This document shows positions 9,382 through 19,054 of a stretch of DNA of 53,251 nucleotides, piece by piece. Source of the DNA: Bacteroidales bacterium. Its GTDB lineage: Bacteria; Bacteroidota; Bacteroidia; Bacteroidales; UBA3663. The number at the start of each line of letters is the position of its first letter. Position 1 is the first letter of the stretch. The notes below the pieces were generated by a model. That model was not told the DNA's origin. It saw only the letters and a program-made list of their open reading frames with translations, and ran no database searches. Made by a program: the position numbers and the translations under genes. The stretch is taken from contig JAGBQS010000301.1 in the NCBI GenBank assembly GCA_017632695.1, positions 1 through 53,251 on the forward strand, written 5' to 3'.

Positions 9382-10953
9382 ATGAAACATATTCTACTCT
9401 TCATACTTGCCTTGCTGCTGATGACGCCCGCCGAAGGACGCCTTCGGAAAACGACGGCCGATGCCGTACCCGTACAGAAACAGGAGTTTCGGGGAACCTG
9501 GCTGCAGACCGCCTTTCAGGACCGTTACCAGCGTCTGAAGCCAGAGGCGTGCAGGCAGTATCTGACCAAGGTGGTCGAAGACCTCGCGGCAGCCGGCTTT
9601 AACGCCATCATCTTTCAGGTCCGCCCTGAAGGCGATGCGTTTTATAAGAGCAGCTACGAACCCTGGAGTCGTTTCCTGACGGGTACACAAGGGGTGGCTC
9701 CGCAGCCGGAATGGGATCCGATGGCATACCTGATTTCCCTTTGCCACCAGCATCAGATGGAGTTTCATGCCTGGATCAATCCCTATCGGATGACCGCCAG
9801 TAAGTGGACACGTCTGGCACCCAACCATCTGTACGACCGGCATCCGGAGTGGTTTGTCAAGTACGACGATAAACTGTACCTGAATCCGGCGTTGCCCGAA
9901 TGCCGCAGTTATGTACGCGATATCGTGAAAGATATTGTGAGCCGCTACGATGTGGATGCCATCCATATGGACGATTATTTCTACCCGTATCCAGTAAACG
10001 GCGCATTCAACGACCGTGCCGCCTTCGAGGCTTATGCCCCGATGATGAACTTCGACATTAACGACCCGGCTTCGCTTCCGAAGTTCCGTCGCCGTAGCGT
10101 GGATATCCTCATCAAGAGTCTGCAGGAAGACATCAAGTCCCTGAAACCTTGGGTACGTTTCGGAATCAGTCCGTTCGGCATTTATCGGAATGCTTCGGCT
10201 GACTATCGGAACGGGTCGCAGACCAGCGGAACCCAATGTTACGAGGATCTGTATGCCGATGTGCTTTTCTGGGCGCAGAACGGCTGGGTGGACTATCTGA
10301 TTCCGCAGCTTTACTGGGAAATCGGTCACCCGCAGGCCGACTACTCCACCTTGGTCAAGTGGTGGAGCGATAACGTTCCGGCAACGTGTCACCTGTACAT
10401 CGGACAGAGTATCGAGCGATCGCTCGACGATCCCAAGGACTCGAAGCCTACACCCGACCTTCGGAAGAATCATGGCATCATGGCCCGCAAACTGGCTCAG
10501 GCTGCCGCTTGCAGGAACGTAAAGGGCAACTGTTTCTGGTACGGTTATCAGGTGGACGAAAACACCTGGCACGTGCGCGATTTCCTGCAAGATACCTATT
10601 ACAGGGAACCTGCTTTCATGCCAGCCTTTACCCGCATCGACAGTCAGGCTCCCGAAAAGGTGCAGAAACTCAACGTGGCGATGACCCTTCAGGGCCTGCA
10701 TCTGACGTGGCGCTTCCTGGCCACCGACGATCCCATGCAGAAGCCCCGCTATTTCTGCATCTATAAGTTCGTGAAGGGCGAAAGGGTGGATATCAGCGAT
10801 TGCTCGCACCTGATTGCCCGTACCCGCCAGACCGAGTTCTTCGATACCGATATTGCCCGTTCCACCAAGTTTACCTATGTGGTAACAGCTGTGGATGCCG
10901 TAGGGAACGAATCAGGAACGGCCAAGAAATCCTTTAAGGTGAAGGTCCGGTAA
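9382..10953 (+). CDS. Glycosyl-hydrolase-like family 10 (GHL10 / YngK-type) protein with a C-terminal Ig-like domain
   Basis: 523 aa. It has a signal peptide, FRGTWLQTAF...FNAIIFQVRPEGDAFY...EFHAWINPY (the GHL10 TIM-barrel pattern), and a C-terminal beta-sandwich segment (YVVTAVDAVGNES). Confidence 0.7.
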   Translation: MKHILLFILALLLMTPAEGRLRKTTADAVPVQKQEFRGTWLQTAFQDRYQRLKPEACRQYLTKVVEDLAAAGFNAIIFQVRPEGDAFYKSSYEPWSRFLTGTQGVAPQPEWDPMAYLISLCHQHQMEFHAWINPYRMTASKWTRLAPNHLYDRHPEWFVKYDDKLYLNPALPECRSYVRDIVKDIVSRYDVDAIHMDDYFYPYPVNGAFNDRAAFEAYAPMMNFDINDPASLPKFRRRSVDILIKSLQEDIKSLKPWVRFGISPFGIYRNASADYRNGSQTSGTQCYEDLYADVLFWAQNGWVDYLIPQLYWEIGHPQADYSTLVKWWSDNVPATCHLYIGQSIERSLDDPKDSKPTPDLRKNHGIMARKLAQAAACRNVKGNCFWYGYQVDENTWHVRDFLQDTYYREPAFMPAFTRIDSQAPEKVQKLNVAMTLQGLHLTWRFLATDDPMQKPRYFCIYKFVKGERVDISDCSHLIARTRQTEFFDTDIARSTKFTYVVTAVDAVGNESGTAKKSFKVKVR

Positions 10954-11034
10954 GAACTGAAGTCTAAGGCTTCACGTGTTCATGGTTCAAGACATTTAAG
11001 AAGGTCAAGAAATATTAAACTGCACATTAACCCT

Positions 11035-11940
11035 ATGTTACGCCTTATTGCCGATAGCGGTTCCACCAAGACAACCTGGTGCCTTGCAGATTCGGAAGCC
11101 GGAAGTCCGACTTTGCTGAAACCTGTGCAGACTCAGGGACTGAACCCGCTTTATGCCACATCGGCCGATATCGAGGCAGCAGCCCGCGAAGTGATAGCCC
11201 GTACGGCTTGCGCTTGTCCGCAGCGGGTGGAGTTCTACGGGGCTGGCTGTAGCGGCGAACGAATCCCGCAGGTGGAGCAGGTATTGCGGAAGGTTTTCCC
11301 TAAGGCTGAGGTCGAAGTGGCCTCGGACGTTTTGGGCGCCTGTCGGGCACTTTATCCGGCTTCGGGTCGGGAAGGTTCTTCGGAGGGCAATCCGTTGCCA
11401 TCGGCCGGAATTGCCTGCATCTTAGGTACGGGGGCAATTGCAGCCCGCTACGATGCTCGGACGGACCGGTTCCAGGCGGCCCCCAGTCTGGGGTATATTT
11501 TGGGCGACGAGGGAAGCGGCTCCTGGTTAGGCAAACGCGTGTTGAGCGATTACCTGAAGCAGCAGATGCCTCGATCGGCCCGCGAACTGTTTGAGGCCGA
11601 TTACGGCGAGGGTGTGATTACCCCCGAAAAGGTTATCGCGAAGGTGTATAAGGAACCTTACCCGAACCGCTATCTGGCATCGTTTGCCATCTTTGTGGGC
11701 ACGCACCCGGAACATTCTTATTGCCGTCAGCTGGCTTTCGAGGGCATAGAGACTTTCTTCGACCGCAACGTCAAAGTGCTCCGTCCGGAAGGGCAGGAAC
11801 CCATCTCGTTTGTGGGAAGTGTGGCCTACCACTTGCGCGACACGATTCAGGCTGTTGCCGAACTGAACGGATTCCGTCTTGCCCGTGTGCTCAAGGAGCC
11901 GATGGAGGGACTGGCGGGATGGAATGGTGTAAGAGTGTAA
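11035..11940 (+). CDS. BadF/BadG/BcrA/BcrD-type ATPase (N-acetylglucosamine-kinase-like sugar kinase)
   Basis: 301 aa. The N-terminus LIADSGSTKTTWCL and the later GDEGSGSWLG motif are typical of this ASKHA kinase family in Bacteroidota. Confidence 0.75.
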   Translation: MLRLIADSGSTKTTWCLADSEAGSPTLLKPVQTQGLNPLYATSADIEAAAREVIARTACACPQRVEFYGAGCSGERIPQVEQVLRKVFPKAEVEVASDVLGACRALYPASGREGSSEGNPLPSAGIACILGTGAIAARYDARTDRFQAAPSLGYILGDEGSGSWLGKRVLSDYLKQQMPRSARELFEADYGEGVITPEKVIAKVYKEPYPNRYLASFAIFVGTHPEHSYCRQLAFEGIETFFDRNVKVLRPEGQEPISFVGSVAYHLRDTIQAVAELNGFRLARVLKEPMEGLAGWNGVRV

Positions 11941-12005
11941 AGGGTAGAGGGTAAAGAGTAAAGTGTAGAGAATAGAGTTTAGAGTTAGTAAAACAATATA
12001 TAAAA

Positions 12006-12401
12006 ATGTTTGGTCTTAATCCAATGTTGCTGCGAGGAATCGGTACCGTGCTGATGCTGATCGTTTCGAATATCTTCATGGTGTTCGCGTGGTACGGCAG
12101 TTTCAAATTGCGCGAGCTTTATCCTTCGTTTCGCGACTGGCCTCTGCTGGCAGTCATACTGATGTCGTGGGGTATTGCCTTTTTTGAGTATATTATTGTC
12201 GTACCTGCCAATAAGCTGGGCTTCCACGAAACGGGCGGTCCCTACAATCTCATTCAGCTGAAAGTGATTCAGGAGGCAATCTCACTCATCGTGTTCACGC
12301 TTGTGGTCCGATTGGTATTCAATAACGAGCCCCTGCATTGGAACCATTTCATCTCGTTCCTCTGTATCATCCTTTCGGTTTTCTTTGCATTTCTGAAATA
12401 A
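12006..12401 (+). CDS. DMT-superfamily small membrane protein (DUF486 family)
   Basis: 131 aa with four hydrophobic helices. Contains the motif NIFMVFAWYGSFK...EYIIVVPANKLG. Confidence 0.75.
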   Translation: MFGLNPMLLRGIGTVLMLIVSNIFMVFAWYGSFKLRELYPSFRDWPLLAVILMSWGIAFFEYIIVVPANKLGFHETGGPYNLIQLKVIQEAISLIVFTLVVRLVFNNEPLHWNHFISFLCIILSVFFAFLK

Positions 12402-12427
12402 ACATCAAAACCTCATAACCAAACGAT

Positions 12428-13519
12428 ATGAAACCAATTTTATCAGCTCTTCTGCTATTGTCGGTTATCGGAATGACGGTAGCCTGCCGGACCTCGAAGT
12501 CCGCTTTGAGTCAGACTCCCGGCAACCTGCAAATGGGCGATTACGGCTATCTGTTCTGTCATATGAGCGATAAGGGCCAATGGACGGCCTATGCCCTCAG
12601 TCGCGACGGTTTGCATTATCATGACTTGCTGAACGGCGACAGCGTGTTCAGTTCCGTGGAGCATGCCCGAATTGAAGGCGGTACCCGCGATGCCTACATC
12701 TGCCGTAAGCACGACGGTAGCGGCTACCTGATGGTTACCACCGACATGAACAACTCGATGACCAAACGTCTCGGCAAGAAAGAGACGTGGGACAACTACG
12801 GCATCGACCTCCTGACCTCCGACGATCTCATCCATTGGCAGAGCAAGACCTTCGACTTCCGTCAGGGTCCCGCTATCTTTGCCGATGCCCGGACGGCTCC
12901 CGATATCTATAAGGACTGGAGTCAGATTAACCGCGTGTGGGCTCCGCAGATCTTCTGGGATCCGTCGTACCGCTGGTCCGATGGCAGGCAGGGCGGCTAC
13001 TTTATTTATTATAGCTTGTGGAACCGCGCCGAAGAGGCCTACGACCGTATGTACTACAGTTATGCCGACGAGTCGTTCACACAGCTCACCAAGCCGCAAC
13101 TGCTGTTCGATTGGGGCTATGCCACCATCGATGCCGACATCAACTGGCTGGCTACCGACGGCAAGTTCCACATGATGATCAAGAAGGAAGGCGGTAAGCC
13201 GGGTCTCTTTACCGCTACGGCCGACAGGCTGACAGGTCCCTGGGGCGAGCCTGTCGAGGACGATTACGTCAGTTTCGAAGGCAAGAAGAAATGCGAAGGC
13301 GTTTCGGCCTTTCAGATTGTGGGCGAAGAAGGCTGGCGTATCGGCTATCTCGAGTATTCATCGCGACCGAGGCAGTACCGTATCTGTAAGGCCGATGCCA
13401 ATATGCGCAACTTTTCCGATCCGCAGGACATTCAGGGTGTAACGGGTCCGCAGCACGGCTCGTTCCTGCGTCTTACACAGGAGGAATACGAGCGTCTTGA
13501 AGCATGGGGCAACCGTTAA
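12428..13519 (+). CDS. Glycoside hydrolase family 43-like lipoprotein (five-bladed propeller; arabinan/arabinofuranosidase-type)
   Basis: 363 aa. It has a lipoprotein signal (MTVAC), GYLFCHMSDKG...ALSRDGLHY, and WAPQIFWDP, a GH43-like propeller signature. The subfamily cannot be assigned by eye. Confidence 0.6.
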   Translation: MKPILSALLLLSVIGMTVACRTSKSALSQTPGNLQMGDYGYLFCHMSDKGQWTAYALSRDGLHYHDLLNGDSVFSSVEHARIEGGTRDAYICRKHDGSGYLMVTTDMNNSMTKRLGKKETWDNYGIDLLTSDDLIHWQSKTFDFRQGPAIFADARTAPDIYKDWSQINRVWAPQIFWDPSYRWSDGRQGGYFIYYSLWNRAEEAYDRMYYSYADESFTQLTKPQLLFDWGYATIDADINWLATDGKFHMMIKKEGGKPGLFTATADRLTGPWGEPVEDDYVSFEGKKKCEGVSAFQIVGEEGWRIGYLEYSSRPRQYRICKADANMRNFSDPQDIQGVTGPQHGSFLRLTQEEYERLEAWGNR

Positions 13520-13531
13520 CCCCTTTGCCCC
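13506..13531 (+). terminator. Possible terminator hairpin overlapping the GH43 stop codon
   Basis: GGGGCAA / TTGCCCC 7-bp stem with a 12-nt loop, followed by the T-rich ATTTCCTTTC. Confidence 0.35.
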
Positions 13532-13591
13532 ATTTCCTTTCATTATCTTTAATATCCCTTGTATCATTCACTTTATCATTACCATATTCCC

Positions 13592-14542
13592 ATGAAGTAT
13601 TTAGTATTAGGAACCGGAGGTGTTGGCGGAAGCATGGCAGCCTTCCTGGCTACAGCAGATAAAGATGTATCGTGCATAGCCAGAGGCGAGCACCTCGAAA
13701 CCATCCAGAAAAACGGACTGACGCTTCACAGTGACCTGAAGCGGGTTATTCAGAGTATTCCCATTCCGGCGTATTCGGGAGACGGATACATGGAGATGGT
13801 GAGCAAAAAGGGCGAATCGGCCAAGCCCGATGTTATAATTGTGGCTGTTAAGGGCTATTCTCTCCAAAGCATTGTGCCCATTCTGGAAACTGTTTCCAAG
13901 CCCACAACGCTGGTTATTCCCATCCTGAACGTGTTCGGAACGGGCAAACAACTGCAGGAGATGCTGCACGGGGTAGTGTCCGTATTGGATGGCTGCATTT
14001 ATATCCAGGCATTCAGGCAGGCACCCGGCTACATCCGTCAGCAAGGAAAAGTTTTTCATCTGGTTTATGGCGCACGTCCTGAGCAACGGATCCCGGCTGC
14101 CCGACAGGAACAGGTGGCAATGGATCTGCGTTCGGCGGGCATACAGGTAACTGTTTCCGACGATATACGTCGCGATACTTTCATCAAGTGGGGATTCATC
14201 TCGGCTATGGCCTGCACGGGGGCATTCTTCGATTGCCCGATGGGTCAGTTGCAGCATCAGGGACCTGAGCGGCAGCTGTTCTGCGGGCTGATTCGCGAGA
14301 GCTATGCCATCGGAAACAAATTAGGCATCCACATGCCAGGCGATTATATGATTCACAACCTGTCGCTCATCGACCATTGCAAGCCGGACACCACCACTTC
14401 CATGCAGAAGGACATCAGCTCGCACCACGAGTCGGAGATTCAGGGCCAGCTATTCATGATGGCCGAACTGGGTAAAAAACTGGGTGTGGACATACCGAAC
14501 TATACCCGCGTTTGCGAGCGGTTTAAGGAACTGCTGCGGTAA
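13592..14542 (+). CDS. Ketopantoate reductase family protein (2-dehydropantoate 2-reductase, PanE/ApbA-like)
   Basis: The start is set at MKYLVLGTGGVGGSMAAFLA (Rossmann GxGxxG). The length and C-terminal helical domain fit ApbA/ApbA_C. Confidence 0.7.
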   Translation: MKYLVLGTGGVGGSMAAFLATADKDVSCIARGEHLETIQKNGLTLHSDLKRVIQSIPIPAYSGDGYMEMVSKKGESAKPDVIIVAVKGYSLQSIVPILETVSKPTTLVIPILNVFGTGKQLQEMLHGVVSVLDGCIYIQAFRQAPGYIRQQGKVFHLVYGARPEQRIPAARQEQVAMDLRSAGIQVTVSDDIRRDTFIKWGFISAMACTGAFFDCPMGQLQHQGPERQLFCGLIRESYAIGNKLGIHMPGDYMIHNLSLIDHCKPDTTTSMQKDISSHHESEIQGQLFMMAELGKKLGVDIPNYTRVCERFKELLR

Positions 14543-14625
14543 TTTTATCAAATTTTAATTTTTTTTCGGAAATCGTTTAAACCTTTTGTACAAAATCCGT
14601 TCAAAAGGCCGTAAACGATTGTAAA

Positions 14626-17600
14626 ATGACAACTATTTCAACCTCCGTAAGCAGTTTTTCAGGTCGTCGGCTGATGACCCTTATGTGCATTCTTTTCAGT
14701 TTTATAAGTGTGATGGTGGCTCAGCCGGGCAGACCCGGCGGTCCGCGTGGAATGAAGGTTAGCGCCACTGGCGATGTAGTGGATGCCAAGACCGGTGATC
14801 CTTTGTTTGCCGCAACCGTTAAGGTAACCAGTGCCGATGGCGGTACCGGTACTTTTGCCATAACCGATACGCTGGGACATTTCAGCGTCGAGGTGGGCAT
14901 GGGCAAATATACTTTCGAGATTACTTATATGGGCTACCAGCCTTTGACCAAAGATGTGAATGTCTGGCCTGGGCGAGGTGCTAATCTGGGTACTTTCAAG
15001 CTCGAAGAAGATGCTACTTACCTGAAGGAGGTGGAGACCGTAGCCCGCAACCAGCGCGTCAAACAGGTGGGTGATACCATAGTTTATAATGCCGATGCCT
15101 ACAAGGTAGCCGACGGCGCTACGGCTGAGGATCTGGTGGCCAAGATGCCGGGCATCGAGGTGACAGATGATGGCGTGAAGGCACAGGGCGAGACGGTCGA
15201 GAAGGTGCTGGTGGACGGAAAGTCGTTCTTCGAGAACGATCCGAAACTGGCGCTCAAGACCCTTCCTGCAGAGGTTGTGCAGTCTGTATCCGTGTTCGAC
15301 AAGAAATCCGACCAGTCGGAGTTTACGGGCTTCGACGATGGCAATACCGTCAAGGCGATGGATCTGACCACCAAGTCGTATCGGCGCAACGGAGTATTCG
15401 GCAAGGTGTATGGCGGCGTAGGTGCCGACTTCGATTTCGGCAACGCCTATTATAACGGAGGCTTTAATCTGAATGTCTTTAACGGCGACCGTCGCATTTC
15501 GCTTTTGGGAATGTCTAACAACGTAAACCAGCAGAACTTTACGTTCGATGATCTGATGTCGTCCGGCGGTATGGGTGGTTTCGGCGGCCGACGCATGAAC
15601 CGTGTAGGCTGGCAGGCCGGAGTGAGCCGCGCCAACGCTTTCGGTCTGAACTTCAACGATACATACCTGAACGACAAGCTCGACGTACAGGGCTCCTATT
15701 TCTTTAATAATACGCGTACTACTTATAATAATAAATCGGAGCAGGATTATATCAATACGGCACGATCTTCCATTACGCAGTCCGACCGTCTGAGCCACAA
15801 CTATTCGCACAGCATCGATATGCGAATCAGCTACAAGCCCAATGACAATAACGAGTTCCTTTTCCGTCCGTCGTTCAACTGGCAGAAATCGGATCAGGAC
15901 GGCTACAGCCTCACAAATACGTGGCGCAACTCGTTGGATAGCGTGATGGCATGGAGTGACCTGATGCGTGCCGATACGGCACGGATGCAGAACTATTCGA
16001 GCACGCAGACCTGGTCGGAGAACACTTCATGGAACATGGGCGGTACGCTGGTTTGGCGTCACAAGTTCAGCAAGGAAGGCCGCACCCTGAGTTCGGAGGT
16101 TAACGGCTCGCTGTCGGGTTCCGAAAGCGAATCGAACAACGTAAAGCTGGGTAAGTCGGTAAGCGCTTCGGAAGTATTCCAGAACTCTACCGGCGACCGG
16201 CAGAACTGGCGTACGGGCGGCAATCTCCAGTATACTGAGCCTTTGGGCGAGAATTCGCAGCTCTCCGTTCGCTACAACCTGAACTATACGCGTTCGGACA
16301 ATACCTCGTTGACAGGCTTCGATGGCGAAAGTTCCCTGTTCGAGAACAACATCATGAACCGTTACAACTATCATTCGGACATCGACTCCATTGATGCTGC
16401 CAATTCCTCGAAGTATATCTCGAAGAACCTTCGTCAGGGCGGAGAACTCGGCTACCGTTTCCATAACGATTATGTAAACCTGATGGCAGGAGTGAACTTC
16501 GAGTCGTCCAAGCTCGACGGTGAGCAGAAATACATCTATTGGGCAACCCGGGATCTGGACTACACCACCTCTAAGACGTTCTTCTCCGTATTGCCTCAGA
16601 TGCGATTTGAGTGGAGCCCCGTGCAGGGAACATCGGTTAACGTGGACTATCGCGCCAACTCGTCGGCTCCCAGCATCGGCAATCTGCAGCAGTCGGTCAA
16701 CACCACCAACGAGCTGAATTACTCCACGGGTAATAAGGATCTGGATCAGACCGTAACACATGACTTGCGCGTGCGCTTCATCCACTCCAACCTTGAAAAG
16801 GCTACCAACATCATGTTCTTCGGTTCCGTCGGCTTCCGTCAGGATTATATCGGCACACAGTACATCATCAACAACTCCAATGCCCCCATTGCCCTTTCGG
16901 AACTGGGTTGGGTCAAAAAGCTTTCGGACGAGGACCGTGAGCAGTACGAGAGTCTTTCGCTGGCCAGCGGCGGTCGCATCAGCCGTCCGGTTAACATGGA
17001 TGGCTACCGTTCGGCAAGTGCGGGTCTGACGTACGGCTTCCCCTGGGATCTCATCTACTCGAACGTCAACCTGTCGCTTAACACCAACTATTCGGTAACT
17101 CCTTCGCAGCAGCTGTATTACAACGATGCTGCCGATCTGACCGACTTTGATGACTTCACCACCAAGGTGCGTAATTTCTCGTTGTCGCCGCGCATGCATA
17201 TCACCTCGAACATCTCGCAGGATCTGGATTTCTCACTCGAGTACAGTCCGACTTTCCAGAAAGTGACCGATACCGAGAACAAGTCCAACAACTACGACTA
17301 TCTGACCCATCGCGCCAATGCACGTCTGCAGTGGACGTTCTGGAAGAACTTCACCACCGAGCAGCAGCTGTCGTACAGCTATTATGGCGGTTCGTCGATG
17401 TCACAGTCCGAGGACGAGTGGATTTGGAACCTTTCCATCGGGCGCAAGTTCCTGAAACAGAACAAGGCCGAACTGAAACTCCAGGTGTACGATGTACTCA
17501 ACACCCGTTCCGGTTTCTCGCGTTCGGTGAGCGACAGCTATGTGAGCCAGAGTTATACTAACTTCATGCCCCGCTACTTCCTGCTTACCTTCACCTACAA

Positions 17601-17670
17601 GATTGCCAACTACAAGGGTTCATCGGAACTGAAGGAACGCCATCGCGGAGGTTTCGGCCCCGGAAGGTAA
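14626..17670 (+). CDS. Large outer-membrane beta-barrel protein with an N-terminal carboxypeptidase-regulatory-like domain and a TonB-plug-like segment (OMP_b-brl_3 type)
   Basis: 1014 aa. It has a signal peptide, then a GDVVDAKTGDPLFAATVKV...GHFSVEV CarbopepD_reg pattern, a plug-like segment (DGATAEDLVAKMPGIEV), and a long Asn/Ser/Tyr-rich barrel ending in an aromatic-rich C-terminus. There is no SusD neighbour. An alternative start at M17 (14674) is possible. Confidence 0.75.
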   Translation: MTTISTSVSSFSGRRLMTLMCILFSFISVMVAQPGRPGGPRGMKVSATGDVVDAKTGDPLFAATVKVTSADGGTGTFAITDTLGHFSVEVGMGKYTFEITYMGYQPLTKDVNVWPGRGANLGTFKLEEDATYLKEVETVARNQRVKQVGDTIVYNADAYKVADGATAEDLVAKMPGIEVTDDGVKAQGETVEKVLVDGKSFFENDPKLALKTLPAEVVQSVSVFDKKSDQSEFTGFDDGNTVKAMDLTTKSYRRNGVFGKVYGGVGADFDFGNAYYNGGFNLNVFNGDRRISLLGMSNNVNQQNFTFDDLMSSGGMGGFGGRRMNRVGWQAGVSRANAFGLNFNDTYLNDKLDVQGSYFFNNTRTTYNNKSEQDYINTARSSITQSDRLSHNYSHSIDMRISYKPNDNNEFLFRPSFNWQKSDQDGYSLTNTWRNSLDSVMAWSDLMRADTARMQNYSSTQTWSENTSWNMGGTLVWRHKFSKEGRTLSSEVNGSLSGSESESNNVKLGKSVSASEVFQNSTGDRQNWRTGGNLQYTEPLGENSQLSVRYNLNYTRSDNTSLTGFDGESSLFENNIMNRYNYHSDIDSIDAANSSKYISKNLRQGGELGYRFHNDYVNLMAGVNFESSKLDGEQKYIYWATRDLDYTTSKTFFSVLPQMRFEWSPVQGTSVNVDYRANSSAPSIGNLQQSVNTTNELNYSTGNKDLDQTVTHDLRVRFIHSNLEKATNIMFFGSVGFRQDYIGTQYIINNSNAPIALSELGWVKKLSDEDREQYESLSLASGGRISRPVNMDGYRSASAGLTYGFPWDLIYSNVNLSLNTNYSVTPSQQLYYNDAADLTDFDDFTTKVRNFSLSPRMHITSNISQDLDFSLEYSPTFQKVTDTENKSNNYDYLTHRANARLQWTFWKNFTTEQQLSYSYYGGSSMSQSEDEWIWNLSIGRKFLKQNKAELKLQVYDVLNTRSGFSRSVSDSYVSQSYTNFMPRYFLLTFTYKIANYKGSSELKERHRGGFGPGR

Positions 17671-17705
17671 TAATACTGACTTTGGTTAACTCTAACTCGA
17701 GAATC

Positions 17706-17746
17706 AATCCCGGCAGACCTCAAAATCTGTCGGGATTGTCGTTTTT
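17706..17746 (+). terminator. Rho-independent terminator after the OMP gene
   Basis: AATCCCGGCAGA / TCTGTCGGGATT 12-bp stem (one G.U pair) with an 8-nt loop, then GTCGTTTTT. Confidence 0.65.
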
Positions 17747-17781
17747 CGTTCCGAACTGTTGCTTCGGAAGGTAAAAAGCAG

Positions 17782-17789
17782 TATTTTTG
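17782..17789 (+). promoter_or_regulatory. -7 promoter motif TATTTTTG for the YARHG-domain gene
   Basis: Exact TAnnTTTG match ending 21 nt before the ATG at 17810. Confidence 0.5.
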
Positions 17790-17809
17790 CGGAGTAAATT
17801 ATATGCAAT

Positions 17810-18976
17810 ATGAATAAGAATCTGTTTTTCCCGGTAATCGTTTGGACAATTTGGGCATTCAGCGCTCTTCAGTTTTCATGGGCCAACGACGGAGTTTTTT
17901 ATGTGAATGGCAGCCATCTGGTGCCCGTTCAGGAAACCGATATCGCCCTTACCCGCGAGGTACTGACCATCAAGCTGGCTGACGATGGCTACGCACAGGT
18001 GGACGTGCAGTACGAACTGAACAATTCGGGTCCCGAAAAGGTAGTGACCATGGGCTTTGAGGCCAATGCCCCCTATAACGACGATGTGGAGTTCAGTCCG
18101 CAGGGTATTCATCCCTATATCAGTCAGTTTACGGTTCAGATGAACGGAAAGGATCTTACATACCTGAATGCCGTCGTAAAATCCGAATACAGCATTCCTT
18201 GCGATTTCATTCCCCTCGACCTGAAGCGTTGGAAGTCGTACGGACAGGTGAAGATGCGCGATGGTGACGATCTGCCTAACAACAGCCTCCTGTACGATGC
18301 TTCGGCCGACAGTCTCGTGGGCTTCTCATATGCCTATTATTTCGTGGCACGCTTCCTGCCGGGCACCAATACCGTACATCATACCTACCGCTACCGCATG
18401 AGCTATGGACTGGGACGTACCTTCGAGGTGCCTTACTGGCTGCTTCCTGCCATGCGCTGGGCCAACCGGCAGATTGATGACTTCACCCTGCGCATCGAGG
18501 CTCCCCATACCGCCAAGCATTTCTTTGTGGCCGATTCGCTCTTCTCGCAGTCGGATTTCCAGATTATTCAGGGCGTCGGCAAAATCCACAAAACGCGCTA
18601 TTATGAAGACCTCTATACGGAAGTGGCGCTACGCAACGGCATCATTGAATGGCACGCCACCGCGTTTCGGCCGAAGGATAACATGACCATCCAGTCGGCC
18701 GAACGTCTGCATTATGACGATTTCAAGCTCGGCACCTTCTATGACCGCAGCGAAAACTACCAGCCGGGCAGCTATCTCATTGAGCCCGATAAGAGCGAAG
18801 TCCGTCGCCGCATTCTGCGCAACCTGCCTTATGCCAGTCGCGGAATGGTCTTCAAGGACCGCAAGCTTCGCCGATACTTCACGCAGTTCTGGTGGTACAT
18901 GCCCGACCCGGACTGGCTGCCTGATACCTCAGATTTCACTCCACGTGAGTGGCGCCTGATTAATGAAGGGGAGTAA
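17810..18976 (+). CDS. Secreted YARHG-domain protein (DUF4424-like N-terminal region)
   Basis: 388 aa with a signal peptide. The C-terminal RNLPYASRGMVFKDRKLRRYF matches the YARHG motif region. The N-terminal GVFYVNGSHLVPVQETDIAL block resembles DUF4424. Confidence 0.6.
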   Translation: MNKNLFFPVIVWTIWAFSALQFSWANDGVFYVNGSHLVPVQETDIALTREVLTIKLADDGYAQVDVQYELNNSGPEKVVTMGFEANAPYNDDVEFSPQGIHPYISQFTVQMNGKDLTYLNAVVKSEYSIPCDFIPLDLKRWKSYGQVKMRDGDDLPNNSLLYDASADSLVGFSYAYYFVARFLPGTNTVHHTYRYRMSYGLGRTFEVPYWLLPAMRWANRQIDDFTLRIEAPHTAKHFFVADSLFSQSDFQIIQGVGKIHKTRYYEDLYTEVALRNGIIEWHATAFRPKDNMTIQSAERLHYDDFKLGTFYDRSENYQPGSYLIEPDKSEVRRRILRNLPYASRGMVFKDRKLRRYFTQFWWYMPDPDWLPDTSDFTPREWRLINEGE

Positions 18977-19054
18977 AGATAGTTAGTAGTTATTAGTTAA
19001 TAGTTATTTTTTTTCTAACTGAGGAAATTTTTTTCTCTAACTGGAGCGCAAAAT

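Noticed and set aside
14626-17670. The large OMP as a SusC-type transporter marking a PUL.
   Set aside because: There is no SusD-like lipoprotein gene downstream. The next gene is a YARHG-domain protein, placed after a strong terminator. The architecture fits the CarbopepD_reg + OMP_b-brl_3 family rather than SusC.
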